64,000 bases of DNA from an uncultured Rhizobium sp. (GTDB lineage: Bacteria > Bacteroidota > Bacteroidia > NS11-12g > UBA955): positions 2,745 through 66,744 of the forward strand of contig CAZGQS010000005.1 of the NCBI GenBank assembly GCA_964527775.1. Reading direction: 5' to 3'. Position 1 is the first letter of the stretch, and every line of letters begins with the position of its first letter. Below, in pieces: positions 17,731-25,902 of this stretch. The notes under the pieces are model-generated. The model saw only the letters and a list, made by a program, of their open reading frames with translations. It was not told the origin of the DNA and made no database searches. The position numbers and the translations under genes were made by a program.

Positions 17731-18644
17731 TGCCAGGCGGTGAGTATTCCTCCGAGGGTTAGGTACATGAGAATGGTCCATAGTCCGCTGGCAATTTCAA
17801 CGCCTTTGGCGGTTTTAGAACTCTTGTATTTAAAATGTAGCGCTGCTGATATTAGGGTCAAGACAAAATAGATAAGCAATGCGGCAAACACACTACTGGG
17901 TAATTTTGCATAATCTGCTGCGAGGATGGCCAGTATCAATGTCCCCAGAAGAACAAACATCCAAAGCCAAAGGGCTTTGCTGAGACCCAACATGGCTGAG
18001 TAAGTTTGAACACCGGGTTTTTCATCGTGGGGAGCACGGATTTTACGTCCCAATTCCAACACAATGCCGTTCATGAAAGACACCCCGAAGAAGTATAACA
18101 GTCCGAAAGGAGCTGGATTATCAGATAGTTTCCAATCATATCCTGATGCATAAACATCAATCAAAGGAATGATGAGCATGTGGGATGTGACGTACCAAAA
18201 CTGGTGGTTTTTGAGCCAATCTTTGATAAAGAATTCTTTGCCCATGAGCAGTAAATAACCAATTGCAAGGGCATAGAGGGGAAGCATATTAGGAAATGTC
18301 AACGCGCTGATGATGATTTGAGCGGCAAAGACAAACCAAGCAATGTTTCGGAGTTCTTTTAGAGAAATGAGTCCTCGAGGAACGGGCAGTTCTGAGCGGT
18401 AGAGGGCATCGTCTTCGGCGTCTTTGTGTTCATCAAAAACACGAAGCAAAAAGAAGAGGGTTACCGTGTTGAAAATGCAGACCAAAAACTTTTCCCAGCC
18501 AATGAATCCGGGGAGTTGTTGCGACAATCTAGAATAGCCTATGGCGCTGAAACTGAAGGCAGAGATGAGGATTCCGTGGGAGTGTAGAGGGAATCTTTCA
18601 TTGAGGTATTGCCAAAATCTTTGGTAGAGTGGGGTTTGGGACAT
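17718..18644 (-). CDS. UbiA-superfamily prenyltransferase (integral membrane)
   Basis: About 8-9 TM segments. The first Asp-rich motif is LLRVFDEHKDAEDD. A second motif-like region is APHDEKPGVQTYS. Confidence 0.85.
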   Translation of the reverse strand: MSQTPLYQRFWQYLNERFPLHSHGILISAFSFSAIGYSRLSQQLPGFIGWEKFLVCIFNTVTLFFLLRVFDEHKDAEDDALYRSELPVPRGLISLKELRNIAWFVFAAQIIISALTFPNMLPLYALAIGYLLLMGKEFFIKDWLKNHQFWYVTSHMLIIPLIDVYASGYDWKLSDNPAPFGLLYFFGVSFMNGIVLELGRKIRAPHDEKPGVQTYSAMLGLSKALWLWMFVLLGTLILAILAADYAKLPSSVFAALLIYFVLTLISAALHFKYKSSKTAKGVEIASGLWTILMYLTLGGILTAWQWIS

Positions 18645-18762
18645 GGGATAGGTTCTGAAAGGTTCGAATGTACGCGGATTTTGAAGAGGTTCAAAAAGGA
18701 AAAATGCAAAAAGTGAAGTTGTAAATTACGGATTATCCTTAAAAATTAAAGATTTAGGTGGA

Positions 18763-18770
18763 TATATTTG
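18763..18770 (+). promoter_or_regulatory. Candidate Bacteroidota -7 promoter box (TATATTTG)
   Basis: It matches the TAnnTTTG consensus and lies 10 nt upstream of ATG 18781. Confidence 0.35.
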
Positions 18771-18780
18771 CCTTCCATTG

Positions 18781-21060
18781 ATGAAAGTTAGTGAATTGAA
18801 TGTGCCATTTGTTCCCGGTAGAGGTTTTAATACCTCTTCGGCGGTTCAAATGCGTTTGGATTATCTTAGAAAAAGAGAGATTTCTCTTCCGTCTCTAGAA
18901 ACACATCAGTTGCCCTTAGACGAAGTAAGAAATAATATAGAATCATTTATAGGAAGCGTAGAGATTCCTGTGGGCTTAGTTGGCCCACTGTTATACCATG
19001 GTGAAGATGGTCAGGATGAATGGGTTCATGCTCCCGCCGCCACCTTGGAAGGTGCTTTGGTTTACAGCATGAACAGAGGTGCAAAGTTGATCTCAAAAAG
19101 CGGCGGTTTTACCGCTCATTTTCATTATCAGAAAATGCTGCGGGCGCCCATGTTTATATTGGGAAACCCAGATGTAGTCCAGAAGTTATCTGAATTTATT
19201 TCATCGAATTTTGATGCCATTAAAGAGGTTGCCGAGTCTTATTCCAATCACGGAAAGCTTATTGAAGTTCAGTGCGAACCCATTGATAATCATTTAAATG
19301 CTTATTTTTATTATGTGACAGGAGATGCCGCAGGACAGAATTTAACCACTACTTGTACATGGCACGCGCTTCAATTTATTGCTGAAAATTTTGACGGGGA
19401 GATTTTAGATTATGTCATAGAGGGCAATGGCGCATCCGATAAAAAAATATCCCTCAGAAACATAGAAAAGGGAAGAGGCAGTAAAGTGTCAGCTGAAGTT
19501 GTAGTTGATGATGCGATGATAGAAGAAGTTTTGAGAACTACTTCTGATCAAATCATGAGGTATTTTGAGCCGTCTAAGCGCATTGCATTGCAACACGGTA
19601 TGGTTGGATATAGCATCAATGCGGCCAATGCCATTGCCGCTATTTTTGCTGCTACGGGACAAGACCTCGCGTGCATTCATGAGTCGGCGACGGCATTTTT
19701 AGACATCGAAAGGCTTGAAAATGGGCTTAAATTCTCTTTGCTTTTGCCTAATTTGGTCATTGGAACTGTGGGTGGCGGCACTCATTTGGCTAAGCAATCG
19801 GATGCTTTGAATTTGATGGGTTGCAAGGGCTCAGGTAAGGTCAAGCGCTTCGCTGAACTCATTGCTGGGTTCACTCTAGCCCTTGAAATATCTACTTTTG
19901 GAGCCATAGTGAGCGGCGAGTTTGCTAAGTCACACGAGAAGTTGGGAAGAAATAAGCCTCAAAGTTGGTTGCTAAAATCTGAAGTTAATCTTGATTTCGT
20001 AAAGTCAATTTTGGTTGCTAAAGATGCTCCTTCGGTTGAATTTCTTGAATGGCAAAGTCATTTGTACTTTGACAATGGCATCATCACCCAACTTTCTCAA
20101 AAAGTGAGTAAAAAGCTTCAAGGTTATTACTTGTTGAAGGTCAAAGAGTCTAGTAACGGATTGGTGCTTTTGAAGTCGCGTCCCACCAGCGACGAAGTCA
20201 TCAAAGGGCTGCACTTGATTGCGGTTTCGGTTGACGGTCAACTCGCTGATTTATTGTTGTTTTGTCGAGAGTATTTGGAGTTTCACCAATGCCATTTGAA
20301 GGAATTGGCAATCAATAGGTTTTTGTTTTCCGGGGGATATGCTTACGCTCCCAAATATTATGGTGATAAAATTGACAGTCAGCGCGAGATTTTTTTGCTC
20401 GCTCAAGAATATATTTACCCTCAGAATACCCGTTTACTGAACTCGGAAGATCAGCCCAATTTATGGCAATCAGTTGATGTCATAAAATGCATCGACGCCA
20501 TAAACGAGTTTCACATCAAAACGTTTGGGTTAGATGGTATTGAAGATGTTCAGATTCCATTGCAACAACCCTGGCTCGCAAGCTCTTTCTACCAGCGTTT
20601 ACAAGAGATCTTGGTTCAAACTTGGGATGGTGACCATTTGGAAGTCTTGAAAAGTCTCAACATTGCTTCGTTGGATGAAGAATTTTCAACCCTAAAAATG
20701 CCTACCTGTTTTATTCACAACGACTTTAATCCACGAAACATCATGATTCTTAAAAATGGTAATCCCGTAATTTACGATTGGGAATTAACCGTGAGAGACA
20801 TACCGCAGCGTGATATTATGGAGTTGTTGTGTTTTGTTTTAAAAGATGATGAATCACCCGAACCATATATGCGTTATCACTGTAAACTAATAAACGCAGA
20901 TTGGGCAGAATATCAACGCGCTGCAAAATATGCCTTAAAGAGTTTGATTCTAACTAGATTTGCGTTGTACGAAGTATCGGGAATTGTAGCGAAGTATGAG
21001 TTCTCGAAGCGCGTGATGGGGAAGGCGTTGAATTTGACGGCTTCGCCGGAGACTTTTTGA
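18781..21060 (+). CDS. HMG-CoA-reductase-like (class I type) catalytic domain fused to an APH/choline-kinase-like phosphotransferase domain
   Basis: HMGR-like motifs are ESFIGSVEIPVGLVGPL, TLEGALVYS, GDAAGQN, ASDKK, ATGQDLA, GTVGGGT and KSHEKLGRN. Kinase motifs are FIHNDFNPRNIMI and IYDWELT. The track start is 18778 (TTG), followed immediately by ATG. Confidence 0.8.
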   Translation: MKVSELNVPFVPGRGFNTSSAVQMRLDYLRKREISLPSLETHQLPLDEVRNNIESFIGSVEIPVGLVGPLLYHGEDGQDEWVHAPAATLEGALVYSMNRGAKLISKSGGFTAHFHYQKMLRAPMFILGNPDVVQKLSEFISSNFDAIKEVAESYSNHGKLIEVQCEPIDNHLNAYFYYVTGDAAGQNLTTTCTWHALQFIAENFDGEILDYVIEGNGASDKKISLRNIEKGRGSKVSAEVVVDDAMIEEVLRTTSDQIMRYFEPSKRIALQHGMVGYSINAANAIAAIFAATGQDLACIHESATAFLDIERLENGLKFSLLLPNLVIGTVGGGTHLAKQSDALNLMGCKGSGKVKRFAELIAGFTLALEISTFGAIVSGEFAKSHEKLGRNKPQSWLLKSEVNLDFVKSILVAKDAPSVEFLEWQSHLYFDNGIITQLSQKVSKKLQGYYLLKVKESSNGLVLLKSRPTSDEVIKGLHLIAVSVDGQLADLLLFCREYLEFHQCHLKELAINRFLFSGGYAYAPKYYGDKIDSQREIFLLAQEYIYPQNTRLLNSEDQPNLWQSVDVIKCIDAINEFHIKTFGLDGIEDVQIPLQQPWLASSFYQRLQEILVQTWDGDHLEVLKSLNIASLDEEFSTLKMPTCFIHNDFNPRNIMILKNGNPVIYDWELTVRDIPQRDIMELLCFVLKDDESPEPYMRYHCKLINADWAEYQRAAKYALKSLILTRFALYEVSGIVAKYEFSKRVMGKALNLTASPETF

Positions 21061-21087
21061 CTTAGGACGGGCGCATCGCGCTGCTTT

Positions 21088-21166
21088 GCGGCTCAGCCGC
21101 TGCTGATGGCTGATAGCCGGATCTTGGCTGACGGCTGACGGCTGATCACCGATCACCGATCACCGC
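21088..21166. repeat. Heptanucleotide repeat block B (GGCTGAT/GGCTGAC units, then inverted GATCACC units)
   Basis: It reads ...GCTGATGGCTGATAGCC...GGCTGACGGCTGACGGCTGATCACCGATCACCGATCACCG. It fills the convergent gap between the stops at 21060 and 21167. Confidence 0.85.
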
Positions 21167-21934
21167 TCACGGTAACTTAGCAATCATCCTATTATACCGT
21201 TCCTGGTATTTGTTGCCGGTTTTTCCGCCGAGCTTTTTGTGAAGTTCGTGGATGTGTTGAACGCGTTTGCCTGGGTCTGGGTGAGTGCTTAAGAATGCGG
21301 GGATGTTTTGTCCGCCGGAGGCGGACATCCGCTCAAAGAATCCGGCTGCACCAGTGGCTTGATAGGATGTGTTGTAGAGCCATTTAACTGAATATTCATC
21401 TGATTCGAGTTCGTCTTTACGTCCGTATTTCAGAAATGCGAGACCGGCTGCAATGTTTGTTAGATCATGATATTGAGTATCTATGAATAGGTGGGTAATG
21501 AGGGTGATTCCGTATTGACGGGTTAAGGCATCGGTGCTGTGTCTTTTTGCAGCGTGGGCGATTTCATGTCCCATAACACCAGCAAGCTCGTCTTCGGATT
21601 GAAGGTATTTAAGTATGCCTGTGTAGAAATAAATGTAACCACCGGGAGTACAAAAGGCGTTGAGGGTGGGGTCATTGATGATCCTAATACGCCATGGAAA
21701 GCGAGCTTCGTGATCAATTTCGTTGTTCTTGAAGATGCTGTCCCTGATGGAATACAAATAGCGGTATATGACGCCATTTGTGGTACTATCGAGAATGTTA
21801 TTTTTATTGTCTTTGTCAATTTGGGCAGCGGCTTGCGCACCAAAGTTGAGGTCAGATGAAACGGGAAAAACGTTTAGGCTCTTAGAAAATGTGGAGCAAC
21901 CCACGAGAATGAAGGCGGCTAATAATGGACGCAT
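21167..21934 (-). CDS. M48-family zinc metallopeptidase, lipoprotein
   Basis: HExxH occurs in GVMGHEIAHAAKRH, with a downstream ELESDEYS. The signal peptide has a lipobox (ILVGCS). Confidence 0.9.
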   Translation of the reverse strand: MRPLLAAFILVGCSTFSKSLNVFPVSSDLNFGAQAAAQIDKDNKNNILDSTTNGVIYRYLYSIRDSIFKNNEIDHEARFPWRIRIINDPTLNAFCTPGGYIYFYTGILKYLQSEDELAGVMGHEIAHAAKRHSTDALTRQYGITLITHLFIDTQYHDLTNIAAGLAFLKYGRKDELESDEYSVKWLYNTSYQATGAAGFFERMSASGGQNIPAFLSTHPDPGKRVQHIHELHKKLGGKTGNKYQERYNRMIAKLP

Positions 21935-22004
21935 GGTTCAAAATTAAACTAAAATTCATTATTTATCAGACCAACTCTTGACAAAAACATCCCCCGCAAG
22001 GGGT

Positions 22005-22012
22005 TAAATTTG
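22005..22012 (+). promoter_or_regulatory. Candidate -7 promoter box (TAAATTTG)
   Basis: It matches TAnnTTTG and lies 8 nt upstream of ATG 22021. A TTG at 21978-21980 could serve as the -33 element. Confidence 0.4.
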
Positions 22013-22020
22013 CAGCACAA

Positions 22021-22779
22021 ATGAACACGTTTATTTCAAAACTTCAAGGTGATATTCAGGCGCAGCGTGCCCAACTTCTTCAGCATCCCGTTTATCAAAG
22101 CATCAATGACCTAAATGGGTTGATTGAGTTTTCGCAAAAACATGTTTTTGCGGTGTGGGATTTTATGAGTTTATTGAAGGCCTTGCAGCGCGATTTGACT
22201 TGCGTAGATCTTCCTTGGGTTCCGGTGGGAACGGCAGATACTCGCTATTTGATCAACGAAATTGTTTTGGGAGAAGAATCAGATGTAGATGAAAATGGGG
22301 TTCGTATTTCTCATTTTGAATTGTACATCAAAGCCATGAATCAAATGGGAGCCAATTTTCAGCCCATATTTGAATTGATTGATTCTTTAAAATCAGAACA
22401 TATTTTCTCTGCTATAGACAAGGCTAACTTACACCCTAAGGTAAAATCATTCTTACATTTCACTTTTGATGTTGCCTTAAATGCACCCACTCACGTGAAA
22501 GCGGCTGTTTTTACTTTCGGACGTGAAGATTTGATTCCAGATATGTTCGTAGAAATTCTACAACAGATTTATAAAGATCACCCAGAGAAGGTCTCTACTT
22601 TTAAATATTACATCGAAAGACACATCGAAGTTGACGGAGATCACCACTCTCACCTAGCTCTGGAAATGGTATCTCAACTTTGTGGAGATGACGAATCAAA
22701 ATGGGAAGAAGCTTCTCGTTATTCTGTTGAATCTTTGAAGCAGCGCTCGTTGCTTTGGGATGCGATTATTGATAGATAA
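22021..22779 (+). CDS. DUF3050-family (heme-oxygenase-like fold, MgoB-like) protein
   Basis: The sequence HPVYQSI...KHVFAVWDFMSLLKALQ matches what I recall of the DUF3050 family. The protein appears all-helical. Confidence 0.55.
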   Translation: MNTFISKLQGDIQAQRAQLLQHPVYQSINDLNGLIEFSQKHVFAVWDFMSLLKALQRDLTCVDLPWVPVGTADTRYLINEIVLGEESDVDENGVRISHFELYIKAMNQMGANFQPIFELIDSLKSEHIFSAIDKANLHPKVKSFLHFTFDVALNAPTHVKAAVFTFGREDLIPDMFVEILQQIYKDHPEKVSTFKYYIERHIEVDGDHHSHLALEMVSQLCGDDESKWEEASRYSVESLKQRSLLWDAIIDR

Positions 22780-23488
22780 TCTTGGTGCGTTCGTCGCCCT
22801 TGTTAATGTAAATCACATTCTCCTTTTCTGCAGCGGGTTCTAAATTCAATTCCCATTTTACACCAACCATAATAGGGTGTGATATGGTGTATATGTTTTT
22901 TCCTGGATCTTGCCCATTGTCAGCAAAGTAATAACCCATTCTTTCGTATTTGGGCAACGATAAAAACTGTTGATATGAAGCTTCAATCAGTAAATTAGGC
23001 ATCAAATTATATTTCAATTGGATACTAAAAAAACTGCTCGTTGAATATGTTTCAGTATTATAATATCCCCATTGAGTAGTTCCAAAATGCCTTCTATTAC
23101 TCTCATTTTCATAACTGGCCTCATTTAACCATCCATGTCCGTAATTCCAGATTCCCGCACCTAGCGAAAGTTTCAAATCTTTGGCAAGTTTAATGTTTCC
23201 CGAAACTCGCAGCAGAGCCTCTTTAAGGTTTAAATTGAGGTCGGCAGTGAACGCTTTCTTGGTGAAACTCGCCCCAATCATCATCCCATTCAAGTCCATC
23301 CAACCTTCTTCCGCTCTAAGAGTATTATTATCATCGGCCCTAAATTTCATCGTGTGAACATTATTCACTAAGCTCAGTCCCAATCCGATTTTTGTTTCGG
23401 GGGATGTTTGGCCGTTGAGACGTCCCCAAGAACCCAAAAAAACAAGCGCAAGGCCTAAGAAGGTCTTAGTTTTTAACTTTAACCACAT
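22766..23488 (-). CDS. Secreted hypothetical protein, probable outer-membrane beta-barrel
   Basis: It has an N-terminal signal peptide and alternating-hydrophobicity strands with aromatic residues. It overlaps the upstream lipoprotein gene by 23 nt. Confidence 0.4.
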   Translation of the reverse strand: MWLKLKTKTFLGLALVFLGSWGRLNGQTSPETKIGLGLSLVNNVHTMKFRADDNNTLRAEEGWMDLNGMMIGASFTKKAFTADLNLNLKEALLRVSGNIKLAKDLKLSLGAGIWNYGHGWLNEASYENESNRRHFGTTQWGYYNTETYSTSSFFSIQLKYNLMPNLLIEASYQQFLSLPKYERMGYYFADNGQDPGKNIYTISHPIMVGVKWELNLEPAAEKENVIYINKGDERTKIIYQ

Positions 23489-23777
23489 CGTAAATTAGAT
23501 AATAAGTAGTTTTACCCTTGTATTTCTTTTGTTGCTCACGAATATTGGTGATGGTCACATTTCCAAATTTCTCTTTGGCTTCCAACAATACGTCAGCAAT
23601 GATAATGGGTGAACCCACTTGTCTTGCAGTTCGCGTTTCAATATATTCCAACTGCAACGTATCATAAGCATGCCTATTTTGCGCTTTATCGTCAATGGGC
23701 TTCAAGTCAGAAACCAGTGCTCTGCACGAAGTAGCTCCAAGGATCAAAGCCAATGAAGCGACATAAAGAAATTTCAT
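23466..23777 (-). CDS. Small lipoprotein, unknown function
   Basis: Signal peptide with a lipobox (LILGATSC). 103 aa. Confidence 0.5.
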   Translation of the reverse strand: MKFLYVASLALILGATSCRALVSDLKPIDDKAQNRHAYDTLQLEYIETRTARQVGSPIIIADVLLEAKEKFGNVTITNIREQQKKYKGKTTYYLIYDVVKVKN

Positions 23778-23801
23778 GCTGCGAAGATAGTTAATTCAGT
23801 T

Positions 23802-23910
23802 GACAGCGGTCAGCGGTCAGCTATCAGCTATCAGCTATCGGTGATCGGTGATCGGTGATCGGTGATCGGCTGTCGGCAGAAAACTGAGAATTGATCACCG
23901 ATTACCGATT
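23802..23910. repeat. Heptanucleotide repeat block C: (CAGCGGT)2 (CAGCTAT)3 (CGGTGAT)4, plus an inverted GATCACCGATTACCGAT arm
   Basis: The repeats can be read directly. The inverted arm can pair with the CGGTGAT run to form a long hairpin immediately downstream of the peroxiredoxin stop. Confidence 0.9.
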
Positions 23911-23911
23911 T

Positions 23912-24559
23912 TTAAATTGATTTTTTAGCAAGATAGAAATCCATCATTTCGTAGTCTGACTTTTCGCGTTCAAGCATGTCAGCTACAGTTCTTGGTGGAG
24001 GAACAATCACTTGGTCTCCAATTTTCCAATTGAGTGGCATTGCAACGCTGTGCTTGTCAGAGGTTTGAAGAGCTACTAATGCACGTTTGATTTCATCCAT
24101 GTTGCGCCCCACGTTTAATGGATAGTACATGATTAAACGGATTTTCTTACTAGGGTCAATGAAAAAAACTGCGCGAACCGCTGCCGTTTCGCTTTCGCCT
24201 GGCTGAAGCATTCCGTATAATTTTGAAACGCTCATGTCAATGTCAGCAATGATAGGAAACTCAAACAAGATTCCGCTGTTCTTGTATACATTGTTCACCC
24301 ATGCAACGTGTGCGTGTATAGAATCGATACTTAGTCCTACCAATTTGGTGTTATGCTCATTGAAAAAAGGAGTTTCAACTGCAAAGCCAGACATCTCTGT
24401 AGTGCAAACAGGCGTAAAATCAGCAGGATGAGAAAATAAAATAGTCCAACTACCTTCAATGTGTTCGTGGAAGTTCATTTTTCCAGTAGTGGTAGTTGCG
24501 TCAAAATTGGGAGCAATGTCACCAATTCTTGGCATAGGGTAGATTGTTGTGTTTTCCAT
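23912..24559 (-). CDS. 1-Cys peroxiredoxin (Prx6-type)
   Basis: The motif FSHPADFTPVCTTE contains the peroxidatic Cys. The 215-aa length fits the 1-Cys Prx type. Confidence 0.9.
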   Translation of the reverse strand: MENTTIYPMPRIGDIAPNFDATTTTGKMNFHEHIEGSWTILFSHPADFTPVCTTEMSGFAVETPFFNEHNTKLVGLSIDSIHAHVAWVNNVYKNSGILFEFPIIADIDMSVSKLYGMLQPGESETAAVRAVFFIDPSKKIRLIMYYPLNVGRNMDEIKRALVALQTSDKHSVAMPLNWKIGDQVIVPPPRTVADMLEREKSDYEMMDFYLAKKSI

Positions 24560-24563
24560 GATT

Positions 24564-24571
24564 CAAAGTTA
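24564..24571 (-). promoter_or_regulatory. Candidate -7 promoter box for the peroxiredoxin gene (TAACTTTG on the minus strand)
   Basis: The reverse complement of CAAAGTTA matches TAnnTTTG. It lies only 4 nt upstream of the ATG, which would imply a very short leader or none. Confidence 0.3.
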
Positions 24572-24614
24572 GAGAGATGAATTTTTAGATAAGGTGACAT
24601 AGGTCACGTTTTAT

Positions 24615-24712
24615 GGCTTTCAGCGGCCAGCGGTCAGTTGAAGGTCTAGAGATTAGAGTTGAGCCCGCTACCCTCTAAACGCTACACCCTGAACTCAAAA
24701 GCGGTCAGCCGA
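24615..24712. repeat. Degenerate heptamer-phased block D (CAGCGGC, CAGCGGT; xxTAGxG units on the minus strand)
   Basis: GGCTTTCAGCGGCCAGCGGTCAG sits at the left end and AGCGGTCAGCC at the right end. The interior is phased with period 7 when read on the minus strand. Confidence 0.55.
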
Positions 24713-25810
24713 TTATTGAACCGTATAAATCGCCATTCTGTTCAAATGGCCGAAGTGCGATTTTAGAGCATCGTAAAAAGTGCGGTGAGATTTGTATGGG
24801 AGATTGAATTCTTGGGCAGTCTGTTTTACAATTTTAGAGATGTTTTTATAGTGCACATGACAAACGGTAGGAAACAAATGATGTTCTATTTGATAATTGA
24901 GTCCCCCGAAAAACCAAGTTAAAAAAGCGCTATTCTCAGCGAAATTGGCCGTGGTTTTCATTTGATGAACGGCCCAGTTGTTTTCCATACTTCCATTATT
25001 GTCATCTGATGAAAAGAATTCCATGTCATCGCCAACATGAGCAGGCTGAGTGGCATAAGCCAAAATGATTCCGCTAATAAAATGGTGTATAAAATATCCG
25101 GCTATAGTATATCCAACAGAAAAAGGAGAGAAATAGATGGGCAAAAAAAGAGTTACAGGCCAGTAAAGAGTTTTTAATACAATGATTTCAGTGAGGGCTC
25201 GGCGATCGGTTCGGCCGTATTTGGAATAGAGATTTTGACCTTTATACCGATTGTATTGCTCAAAATCTTTGCTCAGAATCCAAATAAACGGATAAATCAT
25301 ATATAAAACTGTAGAATAGAAAGCCTGAAATTTATGAAGGAAAAAATAGGGGTGCTTGGGTGAAAATCTGATAATGGTTTTTCTGATATCTTCATCGTGT
25401 CCTACTATATTGGTATAGGTGTGGTGGAATACATTGTGCTGAATTTTCCAATTTACGTGGTATGCACCAACTAAATTAAGGAGCCCTCCCATGAATTCAT
25501 TTACTTTGGGATTTCGAGAGTACGCTCCGTGGTTTGCATCGTGCATGATGGTTAATCCAATTCCTACCATCCCCAATCCCATGATTGCCCATAAAATAAA
25601 ATGCGTGTAGAGAGTGGAAATCGGACCAACAATGAGCCAGGTTAAAGGAATGATATACAGTAAAACAATGATGACAGTTTTTAAGTACATTGCACCGTTG
25701 GCAAATTTGCTTATTTGATTTTCACTGAAGTATTCATTAACTCGGCGAGTGAGCGTGGTAAAGAATTCTGGGTTATCTGTTTTATTGAACGATATCTTTG
25801 AATAATCCAT
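24713..25810 (-). CDS. Membrane fatty-acid desaturase (no cytochrome b5 fusion)
   Basis: Three histidine boxes are present (HDANHG, HNVFHH, QIEHHLFP), together with TM segments. Confidence 0.9.
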   Translation of the reverse strand: MDYSKISFNKTDNPEFFTTLTRRVNEYFSENQISKFANGAMYLKTVIIVLLYIIPLTWLIVGPISTLYTHFILWAIMGLGMVGIGLTIMHDANHGAYSRNPKVNEFMGGLLNLVGAYHVNWKIQHNVFHHTYTNIVGHDEDIRKTIIRFSPKHPYFFLHKFQAFYSTVLYMIYPFIWILSKDFEQYNRYKGQNLYSKYGRTDRRALTEIIVLKTLYWPVTLFLPIYFSPFSVGYTIAGYFIHHFISGIILAYATQPAHVGDDMEFFSSDDNNGSMENNWAVHQMKTTANFAENSAFLTWFFGGLNYQIEHHLFPTVCHVHYKNISKIVKQTAQEFNLPYKSHRTFYDALKSHFGHLNRMAIYTVQ

Positions 25811-25902
25811 GTTTTAATTTGTTCAATTTTACATGAAATATTTCATCAAAAAATTCGTTAAGTCCTAGAATGTCTTAGTTTTGCATTGAATTTATAACGG
25901 AA

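Noticed and set aside
18781-21060. Simple annotation as the housekeeping mevalonate-pathway HMG-CoA reductase
   Set aside because: No HMG-CoA synthase, mevalonate kinase or decarboxylase gene is in the window. Several conserved motif residues are substituted, and the protein is fused to an APH-type kinase. I cannot exclude the annotation without the whole genome, so I keep it as an alternative in the finding.
20950-21156. 68-aa minus-strand ORF spanning the end of the HMGR-kinase gene and repeat block B
   Set aside because: It lies antisense to a well-supported gene and runs through the stop-free orientation of the GGCTGAC units. It is most likely an artefact of repeat composition.
21523-21859. 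Two ~106-aa ORFs (one on each strand) inside the M48 peptidase gene
   Set aside because: They overlap a gene with a clear HExxH motif and lipoprotein signal and have no motifs of their own. These are typical shadow ORFs.
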